Source: Antedon mediterranea
Lineage: Eukaryota; Animalia; Echinodermata
DNA: 64,000 nucleotides
Direction: 5' to 3'
Assembly: GCF_964355755.1 (NCBI RefSeq)
Contig: NC_092679.1
Location: forward strand, 23,109,432-23,173,431
Position 1 is the first letter of the stretch, and each line of letters begins with the position of its first letter. The notes beneath the pieces were generated by a model that was given only the letters and a program-made list of their open reading frames with translations, did no database searches and was not told where the DNA came from. Of the stretch, positions 1 through 12,888 are shown piece after piece. Position numbers and translations under genes: made by a program.

Positions 1-2782
1 CAAGTACAAATCTCTATGACCTTACAATTATTAAAATGATCAGACGAATCATCGATATCATAATAGCCTACTGAACGATCGTCAATGTCTGTCATCTCGA
101 GAAAATATAAATATTTGCCGTTCTCCCAGAAGACCTACGATAAGTGACTCAATAGTTTGGTAAGCTGGCAGGTTAAACTATAATTAGGTAGTCTTATGAT
201 GACATGTCATCTACCAATGAGTCATTATCAATGATTTAGCATAAGTCATCTTTTACATAACTTTATCCATACACATTAGTTTGCCTATACGGTATTGTAA
301 TTATCAATGATAAATTATTATTGTTGCTACGATAGCATACTGCAACAGCGCTGCTGCTGGTATGTACTACGGCACTGGTGCTGCTACTACCACAGCTATA
401 TAGGCCTAGCATCACGATACTGGCACTACTGTATTAGTTGTGTTACTGCTGTCCCAACAATAGCAACTCCTATCCATCATTGTTCATACTACTTCTGTTA
501 CTACTCCTACAACGTCAACCACTATCTATTGCATGCTCTGGTACTGTTATTGCTGCTACTACAACTACCAACATATCACTACAGTGCGTGTCATTTTCAC
601 GCTGCTGCTCTAGCCCGCTACGTCCCATTAGGACTACTCAATCAGAAGCTAAAGCAAGCAGCAGTTATAGTTCTAAGGACAGACAGTTTTGTGAAAATGG
701 AAACTCCACTATGATTTATTAATTCCAGCTGCTACAGTGGACCCAAAAAAACGGCTGGGAAAGAGTCTATTAGGACATGTCATGCTAAAATTACAAATCC
801 CTATATTCACTGTCAGTGTCAGATATTCATTGAATTATTATCGAAACAGTTAATTAAAGTTTGTGTTTGTAATAGGATACTTCACAATTGAAATATCTAG
901 GGTGATGAAGTGACCCCCAGATTTGACCTTAGCAATAAAATTAACTAAAGTGACAGAAATTGAGTATTCACTTCTGTAACAAAAAATTAATATTTATTCA
1001 CATATAAAAAATGAAAAGAAACCCAAAAACCATTGTCTGACAGACAATTTAAGTATTTGTTGCTTTAAATTACATTTTTTCAGGTAAAATAACTATCTAT
1101 TATGTGACAATAAAATGACACATTCAAAAACATTTGAAATAAAAAATATTTTTCAATAAGCGAGCAGCGTTTTTTGTAAGAAATATTTCTTGTTTACTTT
1201 CTTTTAGTTACGATTTCTGCGGCAATTTACTACAACTAACAACTATTATCTGCAGTGAAGGTAATGCTACTGCTACTACGATTGCTTACTGCAACTTCTA
1301 ATATGATATCACTACGGTACTACAGCTATTACTCATTTTTCTGCAATCCCAGTATTTAAATAAACTCATTTACATTTTATAGCGCATCAACAATTGTTCC
1401 AAATTATACTAAACTGCTGAACCAAAGGCATTAGTTCAAAAGCATAATTATTTTTGACGGATAAGACTGGGTACGCGAATATCTAAAGTTGGATCATCCG
1501 TGAAATGAATGTTATGCGTCACGACCTAACGTAAACGTGTGTACAAAATAACCCAACTTGCTGTTAAATAAATATCTATATTTAGCCAACAGGATACGAA
1601 TCATTTACATAAAAATGTATATTTATAATTCAGCATTCACACAGAGGTGGAACCACTTTGTGAGGCGGTGTGATGATCTGGTAGGCGCTACACTGCTGGA
1701 TGCCGTGGATCCATGGAGGGCCTAATTCGAATTTCTTCAGTTTCCAGTTAAACTTGAGGACCAGAATAATAAATTTAACATTTAGCTTCAAGACGCCTCA
1801 GATAACAAATACAACATTTTAAAACAACAAAGAAACTAACAGAAACATCAATCAAACCTTCCCTATTAACCAGAAATCGTTGTACATAATAAAACAATAA
1901 CGCATTTATAATACATGCCTCTTTATTACTTCGCACTGATTTACTTAAAAAACATAACATAAGCCAGTTAGATTTTTAAATGTGTATTTTTAAAATGGAC
2001 ATTTTAACAACAAAATATGTAAAATGCCGAAAATCTGCACAAAATATGATGACCCCGTCGATGGGTTTCCCGAGTTTTGCTATCGCGCTCTTTTATCCTC
2101 TTGCAAGTTCTTTACTATACAGTACATGTGAAATAGCAGGAAAAGAAGTAAAACTTCAAACAATGACGTTCTTAAAATAAAATGTCAAATCCAGTGTGGA
2201 CAGAACTTTAGAACTAAGCGTACTTGAGACACATCCGGAATGCTAACTGGTTGTCTGTCAAGTTTTATTAGGCATTACCGCCAATAATGATAGTATGTAT
2301 AACATAGCTTATCAAAGTAATACAGCCAAGAAGGCTTCTGTCCCGTTAAACAGGTTTAAATGCTTAGTAATCCGATAATCCATAGGCCTAGAGATCTACC
2401 CAAATCCAAGCTTATAGCTCGATGATATCATCTCTTGGTTCCGGATGACACCAAACTGTCATTTATGAAATAAAGAGAATGCTGATGATTCAATATCACT
2501 AACACATATTTTGTTTTATTTCGAGTGTTTTTGGCGCAAATTTAGCAGGTGGATGAACAGTGCAGACGAACAAGATTACGTTCATATGAGATTTGTCCGA
2601 CAAGTTGAAGAGACTTAAATACATAAACCAGATTTGTGCTCGACACAAGCAAGGATTATAAATTACAGATCAATACACGGATATCAAATGGTGATTCTAA
2701 CTATTTTATGCGCTCATGCGTACCATAGTTAAATGTGTAAATTCTACTGTTATGGTTAAATAAGTAACCACAACTAAAACAG

Positions 2783-3290
2783 ATTAATTTCCTAGAATCA
2801 TTTCTAGATGACTTGCGGCAATCAGTTAGAATATATCTAGTGACAACTGGGTGCTCAAGTTATAAGTTGCGATATTGTACATTAATTTCCTAGACTCATT
2901 TCTAGATGACGAGCGATAGTCAGTTAGAAACTGTCTAGTGACAACTGCAGAATCGGGTGCTTTATAATAAGTTGCAATATTTCACATTGATTTCCTAGAC
3001 TCATTTCAAAGATGACTTACGGTAGGTAGTCAGTTAAAATATATCTAGTGACAACTGGGTGCTCTTGATAAGTTGCAATATTGTACATTAACCTAGAATA
3101 ATTTCTAGATGACGCGGTAGTCAGTTAGAATCTATCTAGTGACAACTGGGTGCTCTATTATAAGTTGCGATATTGTACATTAACCTAGAATAATTTCTAG
3201 ATGACGTGCGATAGTCAGTTATAATCTATCTAGTGACAACTGCAGAATCGGGTGCTTTATAATAAGTTGCAATATTGTATATTAATTTCC
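2783..3290. repeat. Tandem repeat, ~92-105 bp unit, ~5 diverged copies
   Basis: Recurring ATTTCTAGATGAC...CAGTTAGAA...TCTAGTGACAACTG...GGTGCT...TAAGTTGC(G/A)ATATT units starting near 2783, 2881, 2986, 3087 and 3179. Confidence 0.9.
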
Positions 3291-4668
3291 TGTCTTTCAG
3301 GCGCGTTGATGGATCAAATAATTTAATCCATTCGTAGTATATTATAACTAGTGAAACTTGCTATCAGAGTTCGGAACCAGGTTTTTATAGTTGTTCATAG
3401 CAAAAGTGGCATAAACCTTTTAGGCCTAGCCTTCGAGAAATATTTTAGCAAAAAACAAAAACACCTCAAACCTAGACAGGTCTACCAAAGAGGATTTATC
3501 CCATTGTTTTCCACATTATGACTCATAGTCTAAATCACACCTAAAATATCTGAAATTTCTCTTCAGTTTTACATGAAAGATTTTGGTCGCACGTAACAAT
3601 TGTTTAAAACGAAACTATTTTATTGAATAAAAAAAATGACACCTTTAATTTATGAGAATTTTTTGACGTACTTAATCCTTTTTAGATAAAGCAACGACGC
3701 GTAAGTGGGGTTCTCTCTGTCTCTTCGGAGGTGTCGTGTCTATCTATCGATACTTAAGGTGCTCTCACATACCATGCCAAGCCAGTCGGAAAGTTAATCG
3801 ATGTTTCCAGTGATTTCTGATTAATACACACGGATAGGAAGTTACTAATTGCGTGCAACAAACGAAATTTAACTAGTACCATTCAGTTACATATTTATAT
3901 TCCTATGTTTTCTGGATAAGTATACAAAACATATGTTAAATGTTACAGCTGCCACAATACACTCACGGTGGATATCGAGGATATAATGCACTTTTAAAAC
4001 TATACGGTACTGCGCGCATTATTCATTTTTTATTAAAAATAATTACGATATGTCTTAGTCTGTAGTCTACTCTACCTCATTCTTAGCTTGTAGGCCTACT
4101 TACGTCGTTTGTCCTTGCTTACTACTTTAATGAATGGGCCTAGCAATACTGTATAGGACCGATGATTAAAACATTGTTATTATAGTTTCAAATTTGTAAT
4201 ACAATAATTTACATTAAAAATGTATTATTATTAAACTCCGTACTCTAAATGACGTGGAACGCCCACATGACTTAGTTTTGTAGACTATATTCATTTTATT
4301 CTTAAATATGTTGCTAAACTAGGGCCAAACGTATAAGTGTGTACTTACCACATTAATAATAAATTTATCCAGAAATGTAACCATTTACATTCGTACTGAG
4401 GAGCTTATAAGTTTAGAGTATCCTGTGCGATTATGCGGAGGCAGTCTGTTCAGATGTCGCACGTCGTCCCTGAAAGAGAAAATGTCCAGGGTTAGCAGAT
4501 ATCCGTTACTATGGTGACCTCGCGACAACCAATCGCATTGGTCCAAAATAAATTATTAAAAAAGTAATAAAAGATTATAAGTTTACTTGTAAATTCATTT
4601 TGTATAATTATGTTGATAACAATGACATTTATAATTTTATACAGGGTAAAAACAAAACAATAATTTAA

Positions 4669-5043
4669 GTTGCGTTACGTCCTTGTGTGTTCTGTAGTGA
4701 GAACTTGCTCTCGTGCTTAAAGCTTGGTGATTGGTCAATTCACTTGCGTTGCGTTACGTCCTTGCGTTGCGTCGCTAGTGGGAACCACGCAACGTTTACG
4801 TCCTTGCGTTGCGTTCTAGTGGGAACCACTGCAACCTAACGCAGCGACGCATCGGACGGACGACGCAATTAGTGCTGCAAACATCGTAGGTTTGATTTCA
4901 CGCAGGCGGGGGCAAACACAATGATTGGAAGGGTATTTTCTTACGTTGCGTAGATTGCGTTACGTTGCGTCGCAAGTGGGAACCAAGAAGTACGTCGGTC
5001 CCTGCGTTACGTCCTTGCGTTACGTCCTAGTTTAAACAAGCTT
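4669..5043. mobile_element. Cluster of MITE family A terminal fragments
   Basis: Multiple TTGCGTTACGTCCTTGCGTT...TAGTGGGAACCA segments matching the ends of the elements at 5118-5233 and 26839-27017. Confidence 0.75.
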
Positions 5044-5117
5044 TAGAAGTTCGCTACAAATCAATAGTAATATCCTTTCATATGGGTCTACAAGTATTTT
5101 GGTATTTTATTACGTAA

Positions 5118-5233
5118 AGCTTGGTTCCCACTAGAACGTAACGCAAGTACGTAAACCTAACTTCGCTTGTCATTGGTTAAAACGCTTGCGTTGCGTTTAC
5201 GTCCTTGCGTTACGTTCTAGTTGGAACCACGCT
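5118..5233. mobile_element. MITE family A (PIF/Harbinger-like), internally deleted copy
   Basis: TIRs AGCTTGGTTCCCACTAGAACGTAACGCAAG / CTTGCGTTACGTTCTAGTTGGAACCACGCT, preceded by TAA; same family as 26839-27017. Confidence 0.8.
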
Positions 5234-6431
5234 TACGTGAACACACCGGCATAATCAGTCAATGTTTATCTTATTACAGTATTTATACTTGAAAACCACT
5301 TGTATCATTTATTCCATGCCACTGTTCTTCTAACTTTGATCAGGAATAATAAAGAAAAATAAATCTTCAGGGTTCACTGATATTAGGGTTCCTGACGTCA
5401 TGAGAAACATAAAACACTAGCAATTTAATGGGGACTTGTCCCTCTTCGCCATCAATGTACAATGTTCGTGCCAAATAGCATCACGTCCTAAATGTCATGT
5501 ATCGTACTAAATCAACACACTGGTACATTTTTTACTTGTAGGCCTACAGTCACGTAAATGATGAATGGGTATATTGTTGCACACCTGGGCAATGACGGGT
5601 CAAGAAGTGGTATTGTGCCAAAAAAAAATGTTATTTGTACATATTTGGTAGTACTGTTCTTGGTAAAAAGAGAGGTAGGTTGAAGTTTGTCAAGTATGTA
5701 AAACATGATTTAGTGTCATTTCTATCCTCGTCTGTGACAGAACATAACATTACATACATTGCTCTCGTGCGCAATTAATTCTAATTTAGCAGGCCTACAC
5801 ATACGGGGAAAAGTTTGGAACATAATACATTTATGGGATAAAATAATTATATTCGGAGAGTATGTAATGTCCCAAACTGCGCCCCGTACGTACAGGATTA
5901 TTAAAAAAAAGTAGAGTCGATTATGGTAGGTGTTTTTTAAAATCCCGATTGTAATCATGTAATAAAAAAGACTCAAAAAAGCGTTACAATTGTTTGGATA
6001 AAATAGTCAAATAAATATATTTGTTTACTTTTACCAAAAATTGGATAAAAAAAAATAATTTACCTGAAAAACCGTGATTATTTAAAAAAAAATTGACAAC
6101 ATCAGAATACATCTTGCTAATATGAAAACTCCGTTGACAATGATAAACAATTTTACTGCAGGTTGCTGCAGTAGGCCTAAAATTGTTTATGCTAGTTTTC
6201 ATATGCATGCAATTATTTTGGGGTAATCTTCAAGTGTATTTATGAAGTGACTGTAGTAGTGTAGGCCTAGTTACTGCAGAAATTGGAGTAGAATATAGAA
6301 TATTGGCATGGTCATGTCCTTAAACTGAAACATTACATTGTAGTCACATACATCTCATAATCTTAATCAAGATCAATGGATGGATAAACTATTTCATAAT
6401 TTATCTTGCTTTAAACAAAGTCTCATCTGAG

Positions 6432-6552
6432 GTTTAGGGAGTGGAGTTGAAAGAGTCGTGAGCTACAACCCTGGCACTAGGTCAGGATTGAACCCTGGAC
6501 ATTAAGGATTGGTAGGCAAGCACGTTCCACCATGCTATACAGCTCCACCACC
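6432..6552 (-). mobile_element. tRNA-derived SINE 5' head (degenerate)
   Basis: Minus strand reads GGTGGAGCTGTATAGCATGGTGG (A-box-like) ... GGGTTCAATCCTG (B-box-like) with tRNA spacing; no intact cloverleaf or acceptor stem. Confidence 0.6.
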
Positions 6553-7102
6553 ATGGGTCAGTTTTCTATCAACATGTCCATATCTTCAGACTTCACATGA
6601 AGCATAGGCCTAAGTAGTTGTACCAGATAAGAACGTATTCCCATCCCTCGTTATGATCCAGACAAAACGAACATTTTTAAATTCATAGGCTTGCTCATAA
6701 TACCCACGTGTTGAGCTTTGGGATTGGCTTAATAGAAATGTTGCGATTACCTCCGGTAAAGTCTGTTAAGCAGATGGAGAGACCAAGCCTGGTTTTAAAT
6801 CATGTAGATATCAGTTGCAAAGTGGAGATTATTTAAACAACTATAATAACTGACCATATCAGAGTTATGGGGCGGGCGATAAAGTATCCTGAATAGGTTC
6901 TCCTTCTTCCAATTTTAACTCATTATCGTGAGTGAGTCTAGAAATATGGGTTTAGAAAACTTTAGCAAACATTTTGTGTTTGTTTCTGTTAGATCTAATT
7001 TGTTACTTGCTGGTATCAACATTAATAAATAACATTTTTAAAAGAATAATGTTGTACTACAGTACTTAGCTTCTTTCTATGTATTTTTGTGAACATTATT
7101 CT

Positions 7103-7230
7103 TGGTGTGACGGGTTTCAACAGTTATTCTGCATGGGTTCGAATCCAACGCTCGTCGTTTAGAGGCAAGACAATTTACCTACGTTTACCTCTTTCACTAT
7201 ATCTCAAACCATGTGTGTAAATGGGTACGT
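7103..7230 (+). mobile_element. SINE fragment: B-box plus CORE-like central domain
   Basis: GGTTCGAATCC at 7136-7146 followed by GGCAAGACAATTTACC...CCTCTTTCAC...TGTAAATGGGTAC, resembling the CORE-type SINE central region. Confidence 0.5.
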
Positions 7231-9345
7231 GAAAACGCAAATCGGGTCAAAGTCACATGATATTATAAATGAATCATTCAGATTGATGAATTTTTAAATC
7301 GCCCTTATATTTTGGTTTCAAATATATCTGTGCCAAGTTTCTTGAAGTCTTTCTACATTTCTGGACATTTAAACTCATCAACTTGATATTGAGGTAAATA
7401 ATGCGAAAGTTTTCGATTTAATTGTCCTTGTAACTAAGTGTCAATATTATATATAGAAATGTAATTGACAAGAACAGTCAATCAAACGATCGTTTCATTC
7501 TGTATTTATTAGTTATTCAAGATATATTTTCACCTGAAAATTAAAAAAAAAATGTTTTGCTGAATATGCCATTTTAAAGTCACACTAATTATTAAATATT
7601 TTAATAATGTTACTTACTTGCGTAGAACTTGTGAAGAGACAACATCAGCTAATGATGGTGATGATTTTACTTTCTAATAATATATAGAATAGGCCTACAA
7701 TTTGATTCATATAAAAGTATCTACAGTTTGAGAAGCCTGCGTCATATTACGTAATATTATTTAAGATGGTCTGTGGTATTGATACCTTCATGTTCCAACA
7801 ACGAACCAAAATATATACAGTAATGGATATTTTAAAACCAACCAACTTTCGAAGTTTGTGTATTTAAAAAAACAAATTAAAATCCCGAGTTTTGCTTATG
7901 TAGCCTGGTAAATGTTGACGCATGTGCAGAGAGCATGACCAGCGTTTTTTTTTTGGTTCTGAACTATATTATTCCTTTTATTGGGTCAATTGTTAGAAAC
8001 TGGGGATTTGATAGATTAGTTTCGAATTATTATGGGTAATTTTAATTAAAATAAAATAGTTTTCACGTATATACGCGAAGCTCACGGGAGAAAGAGCTTT
8101 TAAATACCATGAGAAAGGCTCAATTCAATCATTTAACATTTGTTTTATAGCTATACGGTATCATTTTCTACCCCAGGTGATGAGATTTTATGATTTATAG
8201 AGCGAGTTTTTATATTAATTTGTTTTTATTATATACAATATACACACATAAAATATGTCGATTACACATGGAAAAAGATGTCTGAGGGGAGTTTTTATTT
8301 AGATGGAATTGTGAAGGGACTTTGTCTGTGTAACATTAATACTTAAGATTATTTACCATCAAATCATGAAAATTACTAATATTTTCCACGAAAACCAATA
8401 ACATACATATACAAAGATTGTAAAATTCGTCCCATAAAAAGAAAAACAAAGGTAAGAATTCGTCAATTGCAAAATAAATAGAAAATCTCCGAATGATACC
8501 GTGCAACCGACGGGTCTGATATCAGAACTAGGGGTACACAAAAGTGAACTTCAGAAGAGTGTCCACAGGCCTAAAACGCATGGATATTCCATCTTTTGAT
8601 GGCGCAATTTTCGCAACTCGTCTATTACGTTTTCTTGAGTAATAATCACAAACATTTGAAATGGAAGGAAGGGCCCATCTAGAGAGGTGGGTCGGTACTA
8701 TTTTATAGCGCCATGTTCCATTCTTACCCTCTCCACCCTACTACTACCAACTACATAATCAATTACGGGTAAAGTATTTAGTATGTAATAAAGTCTGAAA
8801 CGATGTTTTCCATTTGACAAATGTTTCGAGAACATTTGAAAATGTCCACATCTGTCAACTTGTTTCCGACTTTTTGCAAAATGTGTTTTAATATACGTAG
8901 CTCTCCATAAAGTCACATGGTGTATACCGACCAATAGTGATGTTTCTATGAGTGTCGTTGTATGTTAAACTTATCCTATCAACAGGTGCTTGTGATCCAC
9001 TCAATGGCCAGATGTCCAGGAACCGTGCATCCCATTAGAATCAGTCAGGCATTAGAGACTATCAATATTGTAGATGAAGTTAAAACAGATATTAATACTT
9101 CCTTTTATACGGTTAGTTACACTAATAATAAGTAGTACGTGGGATAAAACGTTGTTAAAACTTATCAAAAAACTTGCAATGCATTTCAAGATGTTTCGTG
9201 AATGGTTTACAGGGTGATCAGATGCGTGTATTGAAAAAAGAAAAACAGCAAAAAAAATACCGATATTGAATTGGAAATGTTGTTGAAAATAGTGTTGGTA
9301 TACATCAGTTGGTGGTATATAAGATATATTATATTATCGTTCATA

Positions 9346-9412
9346 TTTAGCTTTTTGATTATTTTATTTTGTATCTCCATTGTCATTTTTTTCAGTAATT
9401 TGCCTTTGGAAT
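9346..9412 (+). mobile_element. Short third copy of the hammerhead-associated (PLE-like) repeat body
   Basis: TAGCTTTT...TTTTGTATCTCCATTGTCATTTTTT CAGTAATTTGCCTTTGGA matches 12778-12868 with an internal deletion. Confidence 0.65.
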
Positions 9413-10313
9413 TATTTACTCCTATATTTCAATTACAAAACATACACAAATACTTCTTCATTTCTTTACATAGATTTATTGTCATGTTACATTTATATGC
9501 TTGGTACTTAGTACTTACTTAGTACTTACTTAGTACCAAAAAAATAAATATATATTATTACAAGATATATTTATTGTCACTTTTGGAAATACAAAAGTAA
9601 AACATGCAGATAGTAAAAGCATACAAAACTAAGTAGGTATTGATTGCACAAGGAATCATTCATCAAAGTTAACTTTATAAATATACTAGTTAAGAGTGAG
9701 TGAATGAATTTCTTATAGGCCTAGTACTTTACTTTTTGAGGTGAGCGGCCGGATCTGTAACAATCTTTAATAATGGATTGTTTTAAAATGGATTAAATTT
9801 AAGTTAATTTCTCTTATTTTAATTGCATTTATTATATAGTAAATTCAAGATGTTTAGATTTGTCATCATTAACTTTAGTATTTTATTTAAATTACTTATT
9901 CTAACTATTTCAAGAAAACATTTATTTTTTTCTTTGATACATAGGCCTAACGTTTTTTTTACAGAAGTGAGTAACTTGATTAAAACTGCAAAATGACCTA
10001 TTTATATTAATCTTCATCTTTCATGTTTGTGGGGGACAATACATATTTAATTAGCTTAAAGTTTATCCTTATCTGCTTATGAGTTATTCATCCAATAAAT
10101 CATCATTTTGTCTTTGATCTGATACAGTAGGTTGGTTCCAAAAATATACAAAACTTGATTTATTGTCTACCAAAGAAAAAACAAAAATGACAAATTAAAC
10201 ATTGAATTAGTCATTTATTCACTTTTCAAAGAAAATAAGGATGATTAAACTATAGTTTAAAGAATAATAATATCACCGGGTGGTTTAAAATAATGTTCTT
10301 TTCCTGATGTGTT

Positions 10314-10475
10314 TATATAAATCCAAAGGCAAAATACTGAAAAAATCCAATCCTGTGGGTATCAGTGGCTGGATCTCAATAGAGATACCAAAAAAAATCG
10401 AAAAGCTAAATCAAAACATCAAGTAAAACAGCCAGAAAAGTTAGCAGAGCTTTCGGGCAACACTAGCCCTTCATC
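10314..10475 (-). mobile_element. Inverted copy of the PLE/retrozyme-like repeat with a truncated hammerhead
   Basis: Reverse complement of 12712-12877; minus strand has GATGAAGGGCTAGTGTTGCCCGAAAGCTCTGCTAA but lacks the first CT of CTGATGA. Confidence 0.8.
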
Positions 10476-10891
10476 TTCATTATATATACATTCCTCTATG
10501 AAACACAAGGAGAGCAACAATGGGATTTGAACAAAGGTTTACAAACATCTATATAAGCACCAGTTTAGAGTTTAAAATATATTCATCTGGGCCTAATTTA
10601 TTGTATGTAGGCTACTTTTAATAAACTGTTGATAAATTAATTAGTTAAGGCATTACACAGTGTTAAGTACCACTTTAGAAAATTAATTGCATCTAACAAT
10701 TGAATTTCATATTATTTAATAAAAAAAATGTTAACTTTTTGAATTAATGAACTCATTTAATAATTTTTGTGTGTATTGTTGTACTATAAAAACACATACA
10801 AATTATCAAATGAGTTCATTAGTCTACGAAATAAACAGTTATTGAAAAAGTTCATAAAAATCAATAATTTAACATTGTTTGCAGACATTCA

Positions 10892-11146
10892 CATTTCTAG
10901 CAGACAAAAATTATTGATATTTAAAGATTTTATATATTTTTTATATGATGATAACAGTATAATAATGACATAATGAAAAGATCTTTGGGTTTGAACTTTG
11001 GGTTTGACGAAATTTAACAAAGCATCAGCATAATTTTCATTTCTAGCAGACAAAACTCATTGAATTTTAAGACTATTGTATGATGAAAAAGTATAAAGAT
11101 GTTAACTTTGGGTTTGATGAAAGCTAACAAAGCGTCGGCATCATTT
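10892..11146. repeat. Local tandem duplication (2 diverged copies)
   Basis: CATTTCTAGCAGACAAAA...AACTTTGGGTTTGA..AA...AACAAAGC occurs twice. Confidence 0.75.
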
Positions 11147-12604
11147 AAATAGTATTTAAAATCAATAACATTACTTTTAATAAAAATTTGTTATTCTTTA
11201 GTGTAATGTGAAAATAAAAATTGAGTTTATTAAGGGTTAATAGTCGAATAATTAAATTAATACATCATTGTTAACCTCCTTAAGTTGCTATTACAATTCT
11301 TTTGAAACATTTTCATTACATCATGTTAAAATTGATAAAAGAATAAAATCATTAGTTTTCATACAAAGAAATGTAATTCTATTATGTTATAGGAACAAAG
11401 GAATTAAGAAAATATATAAACAATTTTTAGGAACACTATAGCAAAAAATAAAATATACATTCCCATGTTGTCCTTTTGCAAGATTAGAACCTGCGTTCTT
11501 TCATTTACAGGGTGGGTAAACTGCGAAAATCATGACATTTACATGACTTTTACATGATAATTGAACATTAAAGCTGACCTTCATAAATTAAAAAAATAAA
11601 ACATATAATTGCTATGTGAACAATATAACTAAGGTCTTGGAATTTCAGAGATTAGAAACATATGTAGGAATTGCTTTTCTGCAAAGCCAATTTGGTCTCT
11701 AGGCTGTCATACGACAGATGTAGCGGCAGGAATAACACCTTCAAGCGGCCACGGTTGTGATGGCTAGGCTCCCTAGGGTACAGGCAGACAATGTTGCTAA
11801 AGAGATGTACAACCTATTGTGTTTTGATTGATTGATTCTAAATTAGGAGTCTGTCAAAACAAATTTAATATCGTCGTGGTTTGAATGAAGACATTTGGGA
11901 CGAGAATACACATAAGTTCTATTCAATTACTCATTTATATCTGTATAGTGATAATTACTAATAGTAAGGATTGTGTATGTGGTTTTATTTTGTGGTGACC
12001 ATTTGTACCATTCTGCCATCTTTTAAAGACATCATGTCTCTCAACGCCTTAATCTACCAAGTAATGAACTTGGTTGCAATTGTTTGATGTTTACTATTGG
12101 GGATTGATTGCGGATGTATGGGATTAATAAGGATTAAGAAGGATTTATTATTGATATAATCTATCAATAATTACCACAAAATATGATGTAATTTTTAAAT
12201 AACTTGAATTGTTATATTATATAATAGTGAAAAAATAATATTGTATATAGCTGTTTGTTATTTAATCTCAAATTATAAACATAAATCAAGAGACTTTATA
12301 TAAATTAACAGGAACAGAACAAATCGCCGTTGATTATTAATTAATAAAAGACGATAGCAATGAAGAAAATCCGCCCACAACTGAGAACTGAGATTAACAT
12401 TATACATAAATGAAGCAATTAAAGTTTTATTTGAAAATATGATTTGACAAAAATTCAATAAATAATAAATAAATAAAGTTTAAAAGAAACTAAAATATAT
12501 ATAAAATATGTACCATCATATATAAAATAATAAAGATAAAATTTTAAGTTAAAATATATATATATATACGTTAAGTCTGGAAAAGAAGTCAAAACTACAG
12601 TTTG

Positions 12605-12653
12605 GTCTCAACAGGCTTGTTTCGTGAGTCGTGAAACTCACTCATCAGGAGAC
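12605..12653 (-). ncRNA. Minimal type I hammerhead ribozyme motif
   Basis: Minus strand GTCTC-CTGATGA-GTGAGT(TTCACG)ACTCAC-GAAA-CA(AGCC)TG-TT-GAGAC: complete catalytic core, 5-bp stem I, 6-bp stem II, short stem III, GUU cleavage triplet. Confidence 0.8.
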
Positions 12654-12681
12654 TATAATATATATATTATAGTATATATAT

Positions 12682-12888
12682 AAAGCAACAAAATTCATCT
12701 CAACTTGCACTGATGAAGGGCTAGTGTTGCCCGAAAGCTCTGCTAACTTTTCTGGCTGTTACTTTATCGTTTTGATATAGCTTTTCGCTTTTTATTTTTG
12801 TATCTCCATTGAGATCCAGCCACTGATACCCACAGCATTGTCATTTTTCTCAGTAATTTGCCTTTGGATTTATATATATATATATATA
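12682..12888 (+). mobile_element. Non-autonomous PLE/retrozyme-like repeat flanked by (TA)n
   Basis: Carries the hammerhead; related copies at 10314-10475 (inverted) and 9346-9412; (TA)n tracts at 12654-12681 and 12871-12888; its first 30 bp recur at 13305-13335. Confidence 0.6.
12707..12743 (+). ncRNA. Minimal type I hammerhead ribozyme motif (Penelope-like-element type)
   Basis: GCA-CTGATGA-A-GGGC(TAGTGTT)GCCC-GAA-AGCT-C-TGC: core boxes, 4-bp stem II, palindromic AGCT in place of stem III, short stem I GCA/TGC. Confidence 0.72.

Noticed and set aside
307-722. ORFs of 135 and 94 aa
   Set aside because: Derived from degenerate (CTA/CTG)n triplet low-complexity sequence; biased C/Y/H/L composition and no recognisable domain
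6432-7230. tRNA genes
   Set aside because: Only A/B-box-like remnants; no complete cloverleaf could be folded, so they are treated as SINE heads
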